From assembly GCA_963714015.1 (NCBI GenBank), contig OY970223.1, positions 1,408,001 to 1,472,000 of the forward strand: 64,000 nt of DNA, written 5' to 3'. Origin of the DNA: Vulcanimicrobiota bacterium. GTDB taxonomy: Bacteria > Vulcanimicrobiota > Vulcanimicrobiia > Vulcanimicrobiales > Vulcanimicrobiaceae. Position 1 is the first letter of the stretch; the number at the start of each line of letters is the position of its first letter. Below are positions 10,546 through 24,366 of the stretch, piece by piece. The translations under genes and the position numbers were made by a program. A model generated the notes under the pieces. The model ran no database searches, had not been told where the DNA came from, and worked only from the letters and a program-made list of their open reading frames with translations.

Positions 10546-11946
10546 TCAGATTCAGCCGCCGGGCGAAAACAAGCCCGGATTCCTGGCCCGGTTCGGAAAG
10601 ATCGGCGCCATCGTATTGGGCCTGATTCTCGTCGCGCTCGGCTCGACCGTTGCGGGCTTTTCCGTCGCGCAGCATAAAACGCCGTGGCTGGTTATCGCAG
10701 GTATGGCCGTGAGGCCGCTTGCCCCCCCGCCGCAAGAACTCTTCCATCGGGATCACCTCATCGTACTGGTCGAGGGGCTGGACTACGACTACAACGACAA
10801 GGACGAAGAGTATTCGGCGCAATCCCGCAGCGACGTGATAATGGCGGTCAATTTGGATTTCCGCGACGACCGCGCGTACGAATTATCGGTGCCCCGCGAC
10901 ATGGATGCCGTGCTTCCCGACGGCCGGGAAACGAAGATCAACGAAGCCCAGGCCGAAGGCGGCGTTCATGAAGCCTCGGCAGTGATCTCCAAGTGGCTGG
11001 GCATCCCCGGATTCGATCGATACGTCATACTGCGGATCAACACCACCAAGGATCTCATCAACGCCATCGGCGGCGTCAACGTGGACGTCATGAACTCGCA
11101 TGCGTTGATGCACGACGGCGAGCCGAATGGTCCCATCGACTACGACGACGCATGGGGACATCTGAGCATTCACTTCAAACCGGGCATTCAGCACATGAAC
11201 GGCGATCAGGCCGTCAGCTATGCGCGGTTCCGCCACGACTTTTGCGGGGATCCGTGCCGCATTCAGCGCCAGCAGCAAGTGATTCACGCGTTCGTCGACA
11301 AGTTGAAAAACGACAAGATCAACACGCTCCTGCACCTGAATGACTTGGTCGGCGTATTCAATCGCGACGTACAGACGAATTTCTCGCAGCAGGAAGAGAT
11401 CAAGCTTGGCGTTGGCCTTTGCGGACATGCCTCCCGGCGGAATCAAGACCGATCAAGTTCCTTACGTTGCCGACAAGATCGTCTCGGACGGCGGCGACGT
11501 GATTATTCCGGATGAAGCAAAGAAAGAGCAGACTCGTTCAAAACATGCTGATCGATCCGCCCGTCCCGACGCCGTCGCCTGCAGCGGGGGATCTTGCCGC
11601 GATTGCTCCGGCGAGCGTGCGCGTCGACGTCGAGAACGGCTCGGCAGTAAGCGGCATGGCCAAGCGCGTGGCGGACCTGCTTCGCCGGCACGGCTTCGTG
11701 ATCGGAACGGTCGGAAATGCGGACGGCTCCGTCAGTACGACGGAACTTCACGAGCACACACGGATCGAGTACGCGGGGCTGAAGGTCCGCGAAGCGCTCG
11801 GGAAAGCGGCGAGCAACTTTCCGGTCATTGCAGACGTCCAGACATCGGCCACCGCCGCGCCGAGCGCTCAAACGAGCGACGTTACGGTAATCGTCGGATC
11901 CGATCTCGCCTCGATCCTCCAGCAACAGGCTTCGACCCAGCCGTGA
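10538..11946 (+). CDS. LCP (LytR-CpsA-Psr) family protein with C-terminal LytR_C domain; two apparent +1 frameshifts
   Basis: RSDVIM, SVPRD, KINEA, YARFRH and RIQRQQ motifs. Continues in shifted frames at about 11407 and 11532 into VDVENGS...V.VIVGSD. Confidence 0.85.
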
Positions 11947-12764
11947 ATCGCCGTTTGGCCGCTGCCGCGCTGATTCTCTGCGCGGCGATCGCTTACGCCG
12001 TTTATCGCGTCGTCACGCACGAACGCAACGTTCAGCCTGCAGTCGTCACGCCGCAGATGGATGCTCAGCAAGCGATTTCGCCTTCATTGCCCGGATACGT
12101 TAAGCGGCTGATAAACGAACGCGTATCGTACGGCGATCGATCCTCGCGCCCAAAGCTCATAGCGCTCACGTTCGATGACGGACCGTATCCGATCTACACG
12201 CCGCTGCTCCTCGACGAGTTGCACGAACTCGGCGTTCCAGGCACGTTTTTCTTAATCGGGCGAGACGCCCAACAGTGGCCCGAGTTGGCGCAGCGAATCG
12301 AGCGCGACGGAGACGAAGTTGCAAATCACACCTTGACGCACCCCAATCTCGATCAGGAGCGGGCCGCACAAGTTCGAAACGAAATCACGGGCGGTGCCGG
12401 TGCGCTCTATCCACTGGTGCGCGATCCCTCGGTTCGGAACATGTTCCGGCCGCCGCACGGACGTTACACCGTTCAAACGGTGCGCGTCGCGCAGTCGCTT
12501 GGATACCGGACCATTTTGTGGACGGACGATCCCGGTGACTGGCGAAGCGTCGCGCCGCAAGTGTTGCTCAAGCACATGGAGATTCACGCGACCGCGCCGG
12601 AGATCGTGCTGCTGCATAGCGGCAAGCTCGCGACGATTCAGATCCTGCCCCAGGTCGTGGCGCGTTTTCGTTCGGCGGGCTATCGCTTCGTGACCGTCCG
12701 GGAGCTGCTCGACGCGGTTCCGGTCGCACAAATCAACCACCCCGCCAAACACGCGCTGGAGTAA
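11943..12764 (+). CDS. Polysaccharide deacetylase (CE4/NodB)
   Basis: TFDDGP, NHTLTH, FRPPHG, D..DW and LLH motifs. GTGA overlap start and N-terminal anchor. Confidence 0.92.
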   Translation: MNRRLAAAALILCAAIAYAVYRVVTHERNVQPAVVTPQMDAQQAISPSLPGYVKRLINERVSYGDRSSRPKLIALTFDDGPYPIYTPLLLDELHELGVPGTFFLIGRDAQQWPELAQRIERDGDEVANHTLTHPNLDQERAAQVRNEITGGAGALYPLVRDPSVRNMFRPPHGRYTVQTVRVAQSLGYRTILWTDDPGDWRSVAPQVLLKHMEIHATAPEIVLLHSGKLATIQILPQVVARFRSAGYRFVTVRELLDAVPVAQINHPAKHALE

Positions 12765-12768
12765 GACG

Positions 12769-13017
12769 ATGCCCAGAGAGATCATCGACACGGAGTCCAG
12801 CCGGCCGCGATACGTCAGGCGGGTGGCTCTGTCGATCGCGCTGGCGGCGATCCTCTTGGCCGTACTGATCTACTTCGCGTACGCCGTGTGGGGCCACCGG
12901 GCGGTGGGGCAGCGCGGAGGGAATGCCTTCCCGGCGCGTGTATCCTGGCAACCGAGAATTCCGTCCCGGACCGGGTCTGCGGGACCATCCAAGGAGAATC
13001 CATGTTTCGTCGCCTGA
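12769..13017 (+). CDS. Small single-pass membrane protein
   Basis: GGAG SD, ATG 4 nt after the previous stop, and one strong hydrophobic helix. Confidence 0.55.
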   Translation: MPREIIDTESSRPRYVRRVALSIALAAILLAVLIYFAYAVWGHRAVGQRGGNAFPARVSWQPRIPSRTGSAGPSKENPCFVA

Positions 13018-14106
13018 CCCTCGGAATTTTGCTGCTCGCCGGCGTCACCGCGGCGGCTTGCAGCTCCAACGTGAACACGCCCTCGACCGGCGGCGTGCCC
13101 GGGGTCGGCCCGAACTTCACGACCAATACGATCTACGTCGCAAACACTTCGGTGAATGCGGTTTACATCTACACGCCCTCACCCAGCCCCAGCGCCACGC
13201 CGCAGTACCAGATCGCGGGAACGAGCACCGGTCTCATCGGCCCGATGTACATGGCGTTCAATTCTTCGCAGCGAGCTGTACGTTACCAACTACAACGCGG
13301 CAACGAAGCAGTCGGCGATCGAAATCTACGAACAGTTCGCGACCGGCGACGTTCTGCCGTTCAACGGTTTCTCGCTGCCTTCGGGCGACGTTCCCCGCGG
13401 CATAGCGTTTATGCCGGACGGCGACTTTGCCATCGCGGTCTCCGCAGTGCCGCAGACACTCTTCGACGCCGTCTACATTTACGACGACTCCAATTTGGCA
13501 GTGACGACCATCGGCGGATCCAGCACGCGCCTCGATGCACCGGTCGGCGTAGCCGTCGATGCAAACAGCAACGTCTATGCGGCCAACAGCGGCAACGGAT
13601 CCGTCACTGTGTACGCGCTGCCTTCGGCCTCGCCCACTCCCAGCGGATCCCCGTCTTCCTCGCCGACGCCGACTCCGACTCCCACGGTAAACCCGAGCGT
13701 AAGTCCGTCGCCGACGCCGATTCCAACGCCGGTTTCCGATAATCTGGCGCCTGTGCTCCTCATCACAAGCGGATTGACTTCACCGCAGGGCATTGTGCTG
13801 GACTCGAAGGGCGACCTATACGTTGCCGACTCGGGCAGCAGTTCCGTCGCGCCGTCGATCGACATCTTCAGGGCTCCGCTCTCGAACGGCATGCCGGTCT
13901 CGGTAAAGATCACCAGCAGCGCCCTTTCCTTCCCCACGGACGTGAAGGTCGATGCGAGCGGAACGATTTACGTGATGGACGCCGGCACATCGGCGGGGAC
14001 GAGCAAGCTGCTGATTTTCCATGCCGGCACGGCCGGTAACGCGACGCCGGCAACGACGGTAAAAATGCCGCAAGGCACCTCGACGGGGATCGCCTTATCC
14101 CCCTGA
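13002..14106 (+). CDS. Lipoprotein with NHL/beta-propeller repeats and Pro/Ser/Thr linker; one apparent +1 frameshift
   Basis: AAGGAG SD, lipobox AAA-C, repeated P.G.AVD..G..YV.D/N motifs. Frame switch at about 13273. Confidence 0.8.
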
Positions 14107-14156
14107 CCAGGAGCGGTGAACGCGCCGCGCTCGATCGCTTCGCACTGCTGACGCGC

Positions 14157-16280
14157 TTGCCGGCGCTCGCATCGCTCGAAGAAAAGAGCGCTGCGCTCGC
14201 CGACGCAGCGTATGCCACGACGCCGTGTTCCCGCGCGAGCGTCGTTGTCTTTGGTGAAGACCGCCCTTACTATGCGTGCGCACCCGGCGGTGAAGGGTTT
14301 CGGCTGCGTGACGAGTCCCTCGGACTGCGGCGTTTGCTCTTTCCGGCGCTCGCCAAATTCGCAACGCCGGGTGCGTTCTACGTGCCTCTCTCCTCGCTGC
14401 GTTCGCTGGCCGGAGTCTCGAACTATCGACCCAATGCCGATTTGCTGATTCTGCCGCTCGAAACGGGCGAGTCGCCGATCGGCGCGCTGGTCTTCGACGT
14501 CGATGCCGATCCCGGCGAACAGGCGGTGCGCGATCTGCGCATTTTTGCCGACGTTGCGGCTTGGATGATCGCCCACGAACGGGCGGTCTCGGCAGCGGAG
14601 CGTGAGGCCAAGCAGAGCGCTCTGCTGGCGACGATTAACGAACGTGCCCGCCGATCGCTGGACCGCCAGACGATTCTGGAAACGGTGGCGGAAGACGTGC
14701 GCGCCGCATTCAACGCGATGCGTTGCGCGGTTTTCGCGCGCGACTCGCAACAACCCGACGTCGTGCGCGTTATCGCAAGAGCCGAATCCAAGGGCTGCAA
14801 AACTTCCATCCCGGATTCAATACGAATGGGCACATCGTGGGTCGAGCGCGCCTTCGCCGGTTCGGTCGTCGGTCGCGAGGAAGTGAGTGCGGAAAATCCG
14901 CGCGATGCGCTGCTTCGCGAGTCCGGAGCCGCATCGGCACTGCTCGTGCCGCTTGTCGTCGAAGGCAAGGTGGAACATTCACTCGGACTGCACTTCTCCG
15001 CTCCCCATGCGTTCGACGAGATCGACATCGTCATGCTGCGATCGGTCGCCTCACACATCGGCCTGGCGCTGGCGAACGTTCAGTTATACGATCTGGAACG
15101 TTTGCGACGCGCGCGCGCAGAATCGCTGGAACGCGTCGTCCGGATGCTGCGCGACACGCAGACGATGGAAGAAGTGCTTCTCGTCTTTGCGGTCACCGTT
15201 TCTCATGAGGTGAGGTTGACGTGCGCGGTGTACGAGTTGGAGGGCAAAACCGCGACGCGAAAGGCCATGCGCGCCGTCGAGTCCGCGCGAAACGGTACTC
15301 CGCCCAGCGTGGAGGCCTCGTACTTGCTGCCGCTGCTCGAGCGTGAACATGCGGTTTTGAGCAGCGCCCTAGGGGGCCGGCTGCGCCAGCACCTGTTCGC
15401 CGGCTGCGAGGGAGTGCTCGCATCACTGAGCATCGACGGCAACCTCTGGGGTTTCGCCGTTTTTTCGGCGTCGGCCGGCACCTACGATTGGAATGACTCC
15501 GAGCGGCGCGTTTATTTTCGCATGCTCGCCTCGCATCTGGAACTAGCGCTTGCGGGCGCTCTCGGTTTCGAGCGGATACAACAACTGGCGCGAGCGCTCT
15601 CCGAAAGCAACGAGTTCAAAGACGATCTGCTCGCCATGCTCGCGCACGATTTCAAAGGCCCGCTGACCGTCATCTTGGGGTACGTCGAGTTACTCCTCGA
15701 GAACGCTCCGCCGGAAGTACGCGACGATTTGGAAACGATCTACGCGCAAACCAAACGTCTCGTTCGACTTTCGGAAGACGCCGTCGCTCTGGCGCAGACT
15801 CAGGCCGGGGGATTTTCGCTGGAGCGTTCGATACTCGACTTGCGCGAGGTTGTCGCGGCCAGCGTCAAAGCGCACAACCGCGGCGAGGATCGGATTGGGT
15901 TCGAAGCGGGATCGCAGCCGGTTCCCGTTTGGCTGGACGCCCCGCGCTTCAACCACGTGCTGGACAACTTGCTCATGAACGCGCTCAAGTATTCGCACGA
16001 CGAGGTAACGGTGCGGCTCAGCCAAGCCGGCGGCAACGCCACGCTCAGCATCGAGGACCGCGGCATCGGCATTCCCCCCGCGGAACTCGGCGCGGTCTTC
16101 GCGCGTTTCGGACGGGCGAGCAACGCCCGGCGCAAAGGCATTTCGGGGTCCGGCATCGGGCTGTACGTGAGCCGCAAGCTCGTAGAAGTCCACGGCGGCT
16201 CCATCGCCGTTCAGTCGGAAGAGGGGAAAGGGAGTACCTTCACCATCACCTTGCCTCTGGCGGGCGATCATCCGTCTTAA
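14157..16280 (+). CDS. Cytoplasmic GAF-domain sensor histidine kinase
   Basis: GAF-like segments, H-box AHDFKGPL, N-box NALKY, DRGIG and GSGIGL. The start may be CTG at 14103. Confidence 0.9.
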   Translation: MPALASLEEKSAALADAAYATTPCSRASVVVFGEDRPYYACAPGGEGFRLRDESLGLRRLLFPALAKFATPGAFYVPLSSLRSLAGVSNYRPNADLLILPLETGESPIGALVFDVDADPGEQAVRDLRIFADVAAWMIAHERAVSAAEREAKQSALLATINERARRSLDRQTILETVAEDVRAAFNAMRCAVFARDSQQPDVVRVIARAESKGCKTSIPDSIRMGTSWVERAFAGSVVGREEVSAENPRDALLRESGAASALLVPLVVEGKVEHSLGLHFSAPHAFDEIDIVMLRSVASHIGLALANVQLYDLERLRRARAESLERVVRMLRDTQTMEEVLLVFAVTVSHEVRLTCAVYELEGKTATRKAMRAVESARNGTPPSVEASYLLPLLEREHAVLSSALGGRLRQHLFAGCEGVLASLSIDGNLWGFAVFSASAGTYDWNDSERRVYFRMLASHLELALAGALGFERIQQLARALSESNEFKDDLLAMLAHDFKGPLTVILGYVELLLENAPPEVRDDLETIYAQTKRLVRLSEDAVALAQTQAGGFSLERSILDLREVVAASVKAHNRGEDRIGFEAGSQPVPVWLDAPRFNHVLDNLLMNALKYSHDEVTVRLSQAGGNATLSIEDRGIGIPPAELGAVFARFGRASNARRKGISGSGIGLYVSRKLVEVHGGSIAVQSEEGKGSTFTITLPLAGDHPS

Positions 16281-16345
16281 TTCGAGGTTCGGTCGCAGCC
16301 AGCAAGGCCGAGCGCCGGTTTAAGAGAGAACTGTACTAAAACACC

Positions 16346-18964
<2,619 letters not shown>

Positions 18965-19035
18965 CGGGAGTTCCTTAGTCCGTTCGGGCACATCGGACGG
19001 CCTCCAGGGCCGTTCTTCGTTTAAGCAGCTCCGGC

Positions 19036-19041
19036 TATGCT
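19036..19041 (+). promoter_or_regulatory. -10 element of a likely leaderless transcript
   Basis: TATGCT lies 6 nt before ATG 19048, with no SD. Confidence 0.4.
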
Positions 19042-19047
19042 AGAACG

Positions 19048-20214
19048 ATGAGGTGGTACGCCGCCGCGCTCGCCGCCGTCGTGATCTTCGCCCTGTTCGT
19101 GCTCGGTGCGGACGTGCTGCGCTCACCACGGTACACGCCCGACGGAGCAGCATACGCGCGTTTCGCGGCGCGCGCGAGCGGGCTTTCCGAGCGCGACTCC
19201 GCCCTTGCCGTGCGCACGTACTACGAACGCACCCCGCTGATGCGCGATGCGCGTTATCGGCCCCTCATCTTGCTCGATCCATCCGTCGCGTTCGAGCGGT
19301 CGCACATCTTCGCGAACCGTCTGCTCTATCCGTCGCTCGTTGCCGCTTTGCTGCCGTTCGCGGGCTTTTCGGCGTTGTTCGCTATCTCCGCAATAGCGTA
19401 CGTACTCTTCGGCGCGGCGCTGTTTTGGCTGCTCGCCCAATTCGGGCGTCTATGGTTGGCGGCGGTTTTGACGATTGCCGCACTCGTCGTTCCGGTCGTG
19501 CGCGAGGCCGCGGCGAGCGATCTCACGGACATGCTCGCAACGATGCTTTGGACGCTGGCTTTGGCGCTGTTGCTGCGGTCGATGCGAGATCGACGCGCGG
19601 TATGGCCGGCTGCGTTCGCAATAATCTCGACGCTGTTCGTTCTCACTAGGCCGGCGCCGTACATGATCGTCGTTCCGGCATTAGCCGCAGCGCTCTGCGC
19701 CGGGGCCTGGACATCGTTCGCAGCATCTCTTGCGAGCGCCGGAGTGTTCGTCGTTGCCGCTATTGCAACCCACGCGTTCGGGATGCGCGAACAACTGGAC
19801 TGGGTGTACCGGCATGCCGTCGCCGGGCGCTCGCCGAGGTTGAGCGAGGCAACGTGGTATCGTACCGCGCTGGCAAGGTCGCTGCGGGCCGTTGCGGCTG
19901 ATGCCGTTCGCGCAGTGATTCCGGTGCCGGCCCTGGTCGCGTGGTTCTTTGCATTACGCGCGCGCCGCGCGAGGGAGACCGCAATCGTTTTGGCTGCTGC
20001 AGCGGTGACCTGTCTTGCAGGCGTGCCGCTCAACCCCGTTCCCGATTCATTCGGGCGCGTTGTTTTCTTGCCGTTGGTGCCGGTTATAGCCGCGACGTTG
20101 GCTTGCGCAGCGGCTACGATTCCGGTTCGGAAGAAAATAGGTATTGAGGCGACGGATTCTGAAGCTGCGGAAATGGAACGTTTGCAAGATCGCCGTCCGG
20201 GTCTTGCGGGTTGA
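19048..20214 (+). CDS. Polytopic membrane protein, possibly a GT-C glycosyltransferase
   Basis: About 10 hydrophobic helices, a PD motif after TM1, and R.LYP, LTD and RP motifs. Confidence 0.6.
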   Translation: MRWYAAALAAVVIFALFVLGADVLRSPRYTPDGAAYARFAARASGLSERDSALAVRTYYERTPLMRDARYRPLILLDPSVAFERSHIFANRLLYPSLVAALLPFAGFSALFAISAIAYVLFGAALFWLLAQFGRLWLAAVLTIAALVVPVVREAAASDLTDMLATMLWTLALALLLRSMRDRRAVWPAAFAIISTLFVLTRPAPYMIVVPALAAALCAGAWTSFAASLASAGVFVVAAIATHAFGMREQLDWVYRHAVAGRSPRLSEATWYRTALARSLRAVAADAVRAVIPVPALVAWFFALRARRARETAIVLAAAAVTCLAGVPLNPVPDSFGRVVFLPLVPVIAATLACAAATIPVRKKIGIEATDSEAAEMERLQDRRPGLAG

Positions 20215-20506
20215 AGCCTTCCTCGAGTCCGTTTCCGAGTGGAATGCCGCCGCGACATCCGAGTCCGTTGGAACCGGTCAGCGCGCCGAGCAATTGTTGA
20301 ACGATCGTCAGCAGCTGCTGCACGAGTCCGCCGCATGCCGACGAGAGGCAATCTCCGCTTTGCGGAACGACCCGCGTGATCTCGTCGTTGCCGGCTGAAC
20401 GCATGCCGGATCCGGACGGCGTATCGGCCGGGCTCTGCGGTGAGGAGCCTATCCCGCCAACCGTCGGGCCGAACAAAGAAGGCGTTCGTTCCTGTACGTT
20501 GTTCAT
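20114..20506 (-). CDS. Hypothetical low-complexity Gly/Ser/Pro/Gln-rich protein
   Basis: Fills the gap before prfB and has an amphipathic LVQQLLTIVQQLLGAL helix. Overlaps the tail of the upstream gene by about 100 nt. Confidence 0.45.
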   Translation of the reverse strand: MNNVQERTPSLFGPTVGGIGSSPQSPADTPSGSGMRSAGNDEITRVVPQSGDCLSSACGGLVQQLLTIVQQLLGALTGSNGLGCRGGIPLGNGLEEGFNPQDPDGDLANVPFPQLQNPSPQYLFSSEPES

Positions 20507-20576
20507 GCCCTGCACTCACGACGCGCGGCCGTCACGGAAAGGGGCAGTTGCGCACGTCCCGAATCTGAGCGCCGCT

Positions 20577-21675
20577 ATGAGCGACACCCAACTTACCAGC
20601 CTGACCCGCATCTCCGAGCGTTTGCTCGCGCTCAAGGAGCGTCTTTGACTATGCGGGCAAAACGAGGCTGATCAGCGAGCTCGACAGCCGCTCGCGCGCC
20701 GACAACTTCTGGAACGATCCCGATTCGGCGCAACGCGTCATGAAGCAGCTCGCCGAGCTGCGCGCTGACGTCGACGCCATGGACGCGATCTCGCGCGGCG
20801 TGCACGAAGCTCGCGAAATGCTCTCGCTCTTTGCCGACGATCCCGCCGCATCCGACGAAGTGGAAGCGGCGATAACGCAGGCCCAGGAGCGCGTCGAGGC
20901 GCTCGAGATGGCGGCCAATTTCGACGGTGAATTCGATGCGCACAACGCCATCGTCAGCGTCTTTGCAGGTGCCGGGGGAGTGGATGCCGCGGATTGGACG
21001 CAGATGCTTGCGCGGATGTATCTGCGCTGGGCCGACAGTAAGGGATACATCTCTCACGTCGTCGACGAGTCTCCCGCAGAAGAGGCGGGTCTGAAGTCCG
21101 TAACCTTCTTCGTTCGCGGACGCAATGCGTACGGAATGCTCCAGAGCGAGCGCGGCGTCCACCGGCTCGTGCGAATCTCTCCGTTCGATGCGGCTCACCG
21201 GCGGCATACGTCCTTTGCGGCCGTGGACGTGATTCCGGAGATCGAGGCCGGCGAGAACGTCCAAGTCGAAATCAAGCCGGAAGATCTGCGGTTCGAGACG
21301 TTCAAATCGGGCGGCGCCGGGGGCCAGTACGTCAACAAGACCGAGTCGGCGGTAAGAATCATTCACGAGCCGTCGGGCATCATCGTCGCCTCGCAGCAAG
21401 AACGCTCGCAGGCGCAAAATCGGGACGTTGCCATGAGCATCCTGCGGGCAAAACTCGTTCAGCGTGAACTGGAGATGCGTGACAAGCGATTGGCCGAACT
21501 GCGCGGAGAACGCAGCGCCAACGAGTGGGGTTCGCAGATCCGCTCGTATGTGCTCAACCCCTACCAGCTCGTCAAGGATCACCGCACGAACGTTGAAAGC
21601 GGCAATACCCCGGGCGTCCTCGACGGCGACATAGACGCCTTCATTTGGCCGTATCTTCTTCAGCGCCGCGCCTAA
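20577..21675 (+). CDS. prfB: Peptide chain release factor 2 with programmed +1 frameshift
   Basis: A 23-codon ORF ends AAGGAG-CGT-CTT-TGA-C (20634-20649). The +1 frame continues DYAGK... and carries the SPF and GGQ motifs. Confidence 0.97.
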
Positions 21676-23045
21676 GCAGGCGCGAGGCGGGCGGGCTCGC
21701 CGATCCGGTGCTCTGGATAGGCGCCGCGCTTTATGCCGTGCTTTACTTTGCCTTGGGCGCAGCGCGCTACTCGGCCCATCGCAATTTCGTCGATCTCGGA
21801 ATCTTCGCGCAAACGACGGCAAGCGCGTTCGGGTGTTTCTGCAACACTGTGGAGGGCAGTCATTGGGCGTTTCACTTTTCGCCGATCTTGTACGCCGCAG
21901 GCGCGCTGATGAACGTTTTCCCGAGCGCGCTGACGCTGATCGCGATTCAATCTGCCGCGGGCGCGCTTGCGATTCCGCCGGTGTACGCCCTGGTGCGGCG
22001 TTATGCGGATCGGCGAACTGCGCTGCTCGGGGCGCTCGTCGTGGGGCTGTACCCACCGCTCGGCGGAGCAATCTTTAACGACTTTCACGAAAACGGATTA
22101 GCCCCCGCTGCCGTCGCATGGATGCTTTGGGCTTATGACTCCGGACGAATTGCCGCGTTTGCGCTCTTTGCTGCGGCAACGCTGGCGATCAAAGAGGATC
22201 AAGCAATATTCGTTTTGGCGGCGGCAATCTTCGCGTATGCGCGGTATCGCCGAACCTGGCCGCGCGCACTCTTGGCGATGCTGGCGGCCGTTGCCGCCGG
22301 CTGCGTTCTCTACGAATTCTTTTATCGGATTCAGCCTGTAGCGGCGCATACGGCGCATTGGGCGCCGTCGCGCTTCTATGCATGGACCGGCGCGGACCTG
22401 CGAGTGTTGTTTCCGGCGGGCATCCTGCAGCGGTTGGGGTTCATTCTGCTGGTCTTCGTTCCGCTGCTGTTTTTGCCGTTCAGGACGCCTGCCGCGTGGA
22501 TAATGATGCTGCCGCTGTGCGAGGTGTTGTTTTCGCGAGACTCGACGACTTTCACAACCGGCTCGCACTACGCCGGCGCATGGGCCGGGTACGTCTTGTA
22601 TGCGTTCGCCGCTGCGTTGCGCCCGATCTTCGCGCGCGATCCGCGGCGCGTTTATCGATTGCTGCAGTGGTGCTGTGCGATCTGCGTGCTCGAATTTGCC
22701 GCCGCGGATCCGCTGCATCCGGGAGTTTTGCTTCGCGCGCCCGCAGGCGCCGGCGTCAGCCTTGACCACTTCCTGCAAACGCTTCCGCCGCATGTCTCGG
22801 TCGCGACGCAGGAGGAAGCCTACACGCACCTTGCAGCTTCGAATCCGAATGCGGGCGTGTTGCCCGAAACGTCCGCGGGCAGAATCACGGCATGTTTCAT
22901 ATTGATCGATGCCGCCTATCCGCAATCGCCCCGCTTAGTGGAATCCGCGCCGCTCGTGCATGCGCTGTTGAAACGAGAAGAGTATCGCGTCAGCCGGCGC
23001 GACGGCGCAATTACCCTCTATAAGAAGCGTGCCGCGTGTCGCTGA
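21645..23045 (+). CDS. DUF2079-like membrane protein (GT-C-like)
   Basis: DLGIFAQ, HFSPIL, DFHE, KED and HY motifs with many TM helices. Start uncertain (TTG 21645 or GTG near 21708). Confidence 0.75.
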   Translation: MAVSSSAPRLSRREAGGLADPVLWIGAALYAVLYFALGAARYSAHRNFVDLGIFAQTTASAFGCFCNTVEGSHWAFHFSPILYAAGALMNVFPSALTLIAIQSAAGALAIPPVYALVRRYADRRTALLGALVVGLYPPLGGAIFNDFHENGLAPAAVAWMLWAYDSGRIAAFALFAAATLAIKEDQAIFVLAAAIFAYARYRRTWPRALLAMLAAVAAGCVLYEFFYRIQPVAAHTAHWAPSRFYAWTGADLRVLFPAGILQRLGFILLVFVPLLFLPFRTPAAWIMMLPLCEVLFSRDSTTFTTGSHYAGAWAGYVLYAFAAALRPIFARDPRRVYRLLQWCCAICVLEFAAADPLHPGVLLRAPAGAGVSLDHFLQTLPPHVSVATQEEAYTHLAASNPNAGVLPETSAGRITACFILIDAAYPQSPRLVESAPLVHALLKREEYRVSRRDGAITLYKKRAACR

Positions 23046-23979
23046 GAAGTTCCGCCAGAGCATCTGCGGCAAAGCGCGGCCACCCGTCCTCGATCTTGAC
23101 GACCTCGTAGGGAGCAGCCCAGGGCGTCCAGCGTGCCGTCTGCAGCGTGAAGTGCGCGCGCTGAAAGCATGCTACGACCGGCGTGCCGACCATGCCGGCG
23201 ATGTGGACGGCGCCTGAGTCGGGCGCGACCACTGCGCGTGCGGCCGCGATGGCTTCTTTCCAAGGGGGAACGGATTCGAAGAATTCTATTTCCGCGTCAA
23301 GCCTATGCGCGAACTGCTGCACGTATCCGGCCTCAGCGCGCGCTGCAATCCAACGCACTTCTCCGTACGAACGCGCGTATTCCGCCAACGCCAGCACGTC
23401 CGCTAACCGTGCACCGATGCGCTCCCATTTATCCGTGAGTTGAAAGGCGATCCGCGGATCCGGCTTCGGCTGGGCGTCCAACACGAACGGGCGCAAATAT
23501 CCCGGGCTGCGCGATGGTTGCGCCGCCTGCGGCAGAATGTCGCGGGCCAGCGAGAATACGACCTCACATTCATGCGGCGCGCGCGGATCCAGGCCGGCCG
23601 TTCGAAACACCGTCTGCGTCGTCTTGCGGCGGATCCAAAGCGTCTTGAGCGGTTTTCCCCAGCCGTTTTCAAACCCGATTCGTCGCGGAATTCGTGCCAT
23701 TGCGGCGATCCGGTAGCCGGCCGGTTTTTCCGTGGTAATCAGCGCAACGTCGTACCGCCGGGCTTGAATCTCCGAGGCGAACGTGCGCAGACCGCTCGTC
23801 TCAAGGATGTGCCTGCAATCCAGTGCAGCCGTCGAGAACACCTCGGCGTTCGCCTGACGCAGAACGGCACCGAGCCGCATGCCTTCCGCTCGAAGCGCGC
23901 CGATCAGCGGCACCAGAGTCATTGCGTCGCCGATCGCGTCCAGACGGACGATGAGGACCGAAGGCGAATTGCGCGGCAT
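23011..23979 (-). CDS. Glycosyltransferase family 9 (heptosyltransferase-like)
   Basis: VRLDAIGD N-terminus, DSGAVHIA...GTPVV and W.PW motifs. Confidence 0.85.
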   Translation of the reverse strand: MPRNSPSVLIVRLDAIGDAMTLVPLIGALRAEGMRLGAVLRQANAEVFSTAALDCRHILETSGLRTFASEIQARRYDVALITTEKPAGYRIAAMARIPRRIGFENGWGKPLKTLWIRRKTTQTVFRTAGLDPRAPHECEVVFSLARDILPQAAQPSRSPGYLRPFVLDAQPKPDPRIAFQLTDKWERIGARLADVLALAEYARSYGEVRWIAARAEAGYVQQFAHRLDAEIEFFESVPPWKEAIAAARAVVAPDSGAVHIAGMVGTPVVACFQRAHFTLQTARWTPWAAPYEVVKIEDGWPRFAADALAELLSDTRHASYRG

Positions 23980-24021
23980 GCCTGCTCATTCAGCGCCTCA
24001 AGGACTTAGCCCGGCCGGAGA

Positions 24022-24366
24022 ATGATCCCGAAGGAAAACCTCGTTACGCTGGACGCGCCGGATGGTTTTCGGGTGCTCGCGTCCTATGGCCGCGTTACGG
24101 GATCGGCGTTGCGACCGCACAGTATGCTTCGCGCCACCTTCCGATCGATCGGCGCATTTATCGGGCTCGCTCCAATAGAGTACTTGACGGACGCCGAGCG
24201 AGCGCGCGAAGAGGTGCTCGAGACGCTTCGCGGCAAGGCGGAAGCCCTTGGCGCAGATGCAGTGATCAAGATCCGCTTCGAGGCAGTGGAGACCATCGAC
24301 GGCTCGACGCAAGTGCTCGCGTACGGTGAGGCAGTACGGCTCGCGCCGAAGAATTACGCGGCGTGA
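24022..24366 (+). CDS. YbjQ/UPF0145 family protein
   Basis: AREEVL..L...AEALGADAVI.IRF and VLAYGEAV motifs. Confidence 0.85.
   Translation: MIPKENLVTLDAPDGFRVLASYGRVTGSALRPHSMLRATFRSIGAFIGLAPIEYLTDAERAREEVLETLRGKAEALGADAVIKIRFEAVETIDGSTQVLAYGEAVRLAPKNYAA

Noticed and set aside
13620..13735. Repetitive CCGAC/CCGTC tract as a tandem repeat or CRISPR
   Set aside because: It encodes a Pro/Ser/Thr linker and has no repeat-spacer periodicity.
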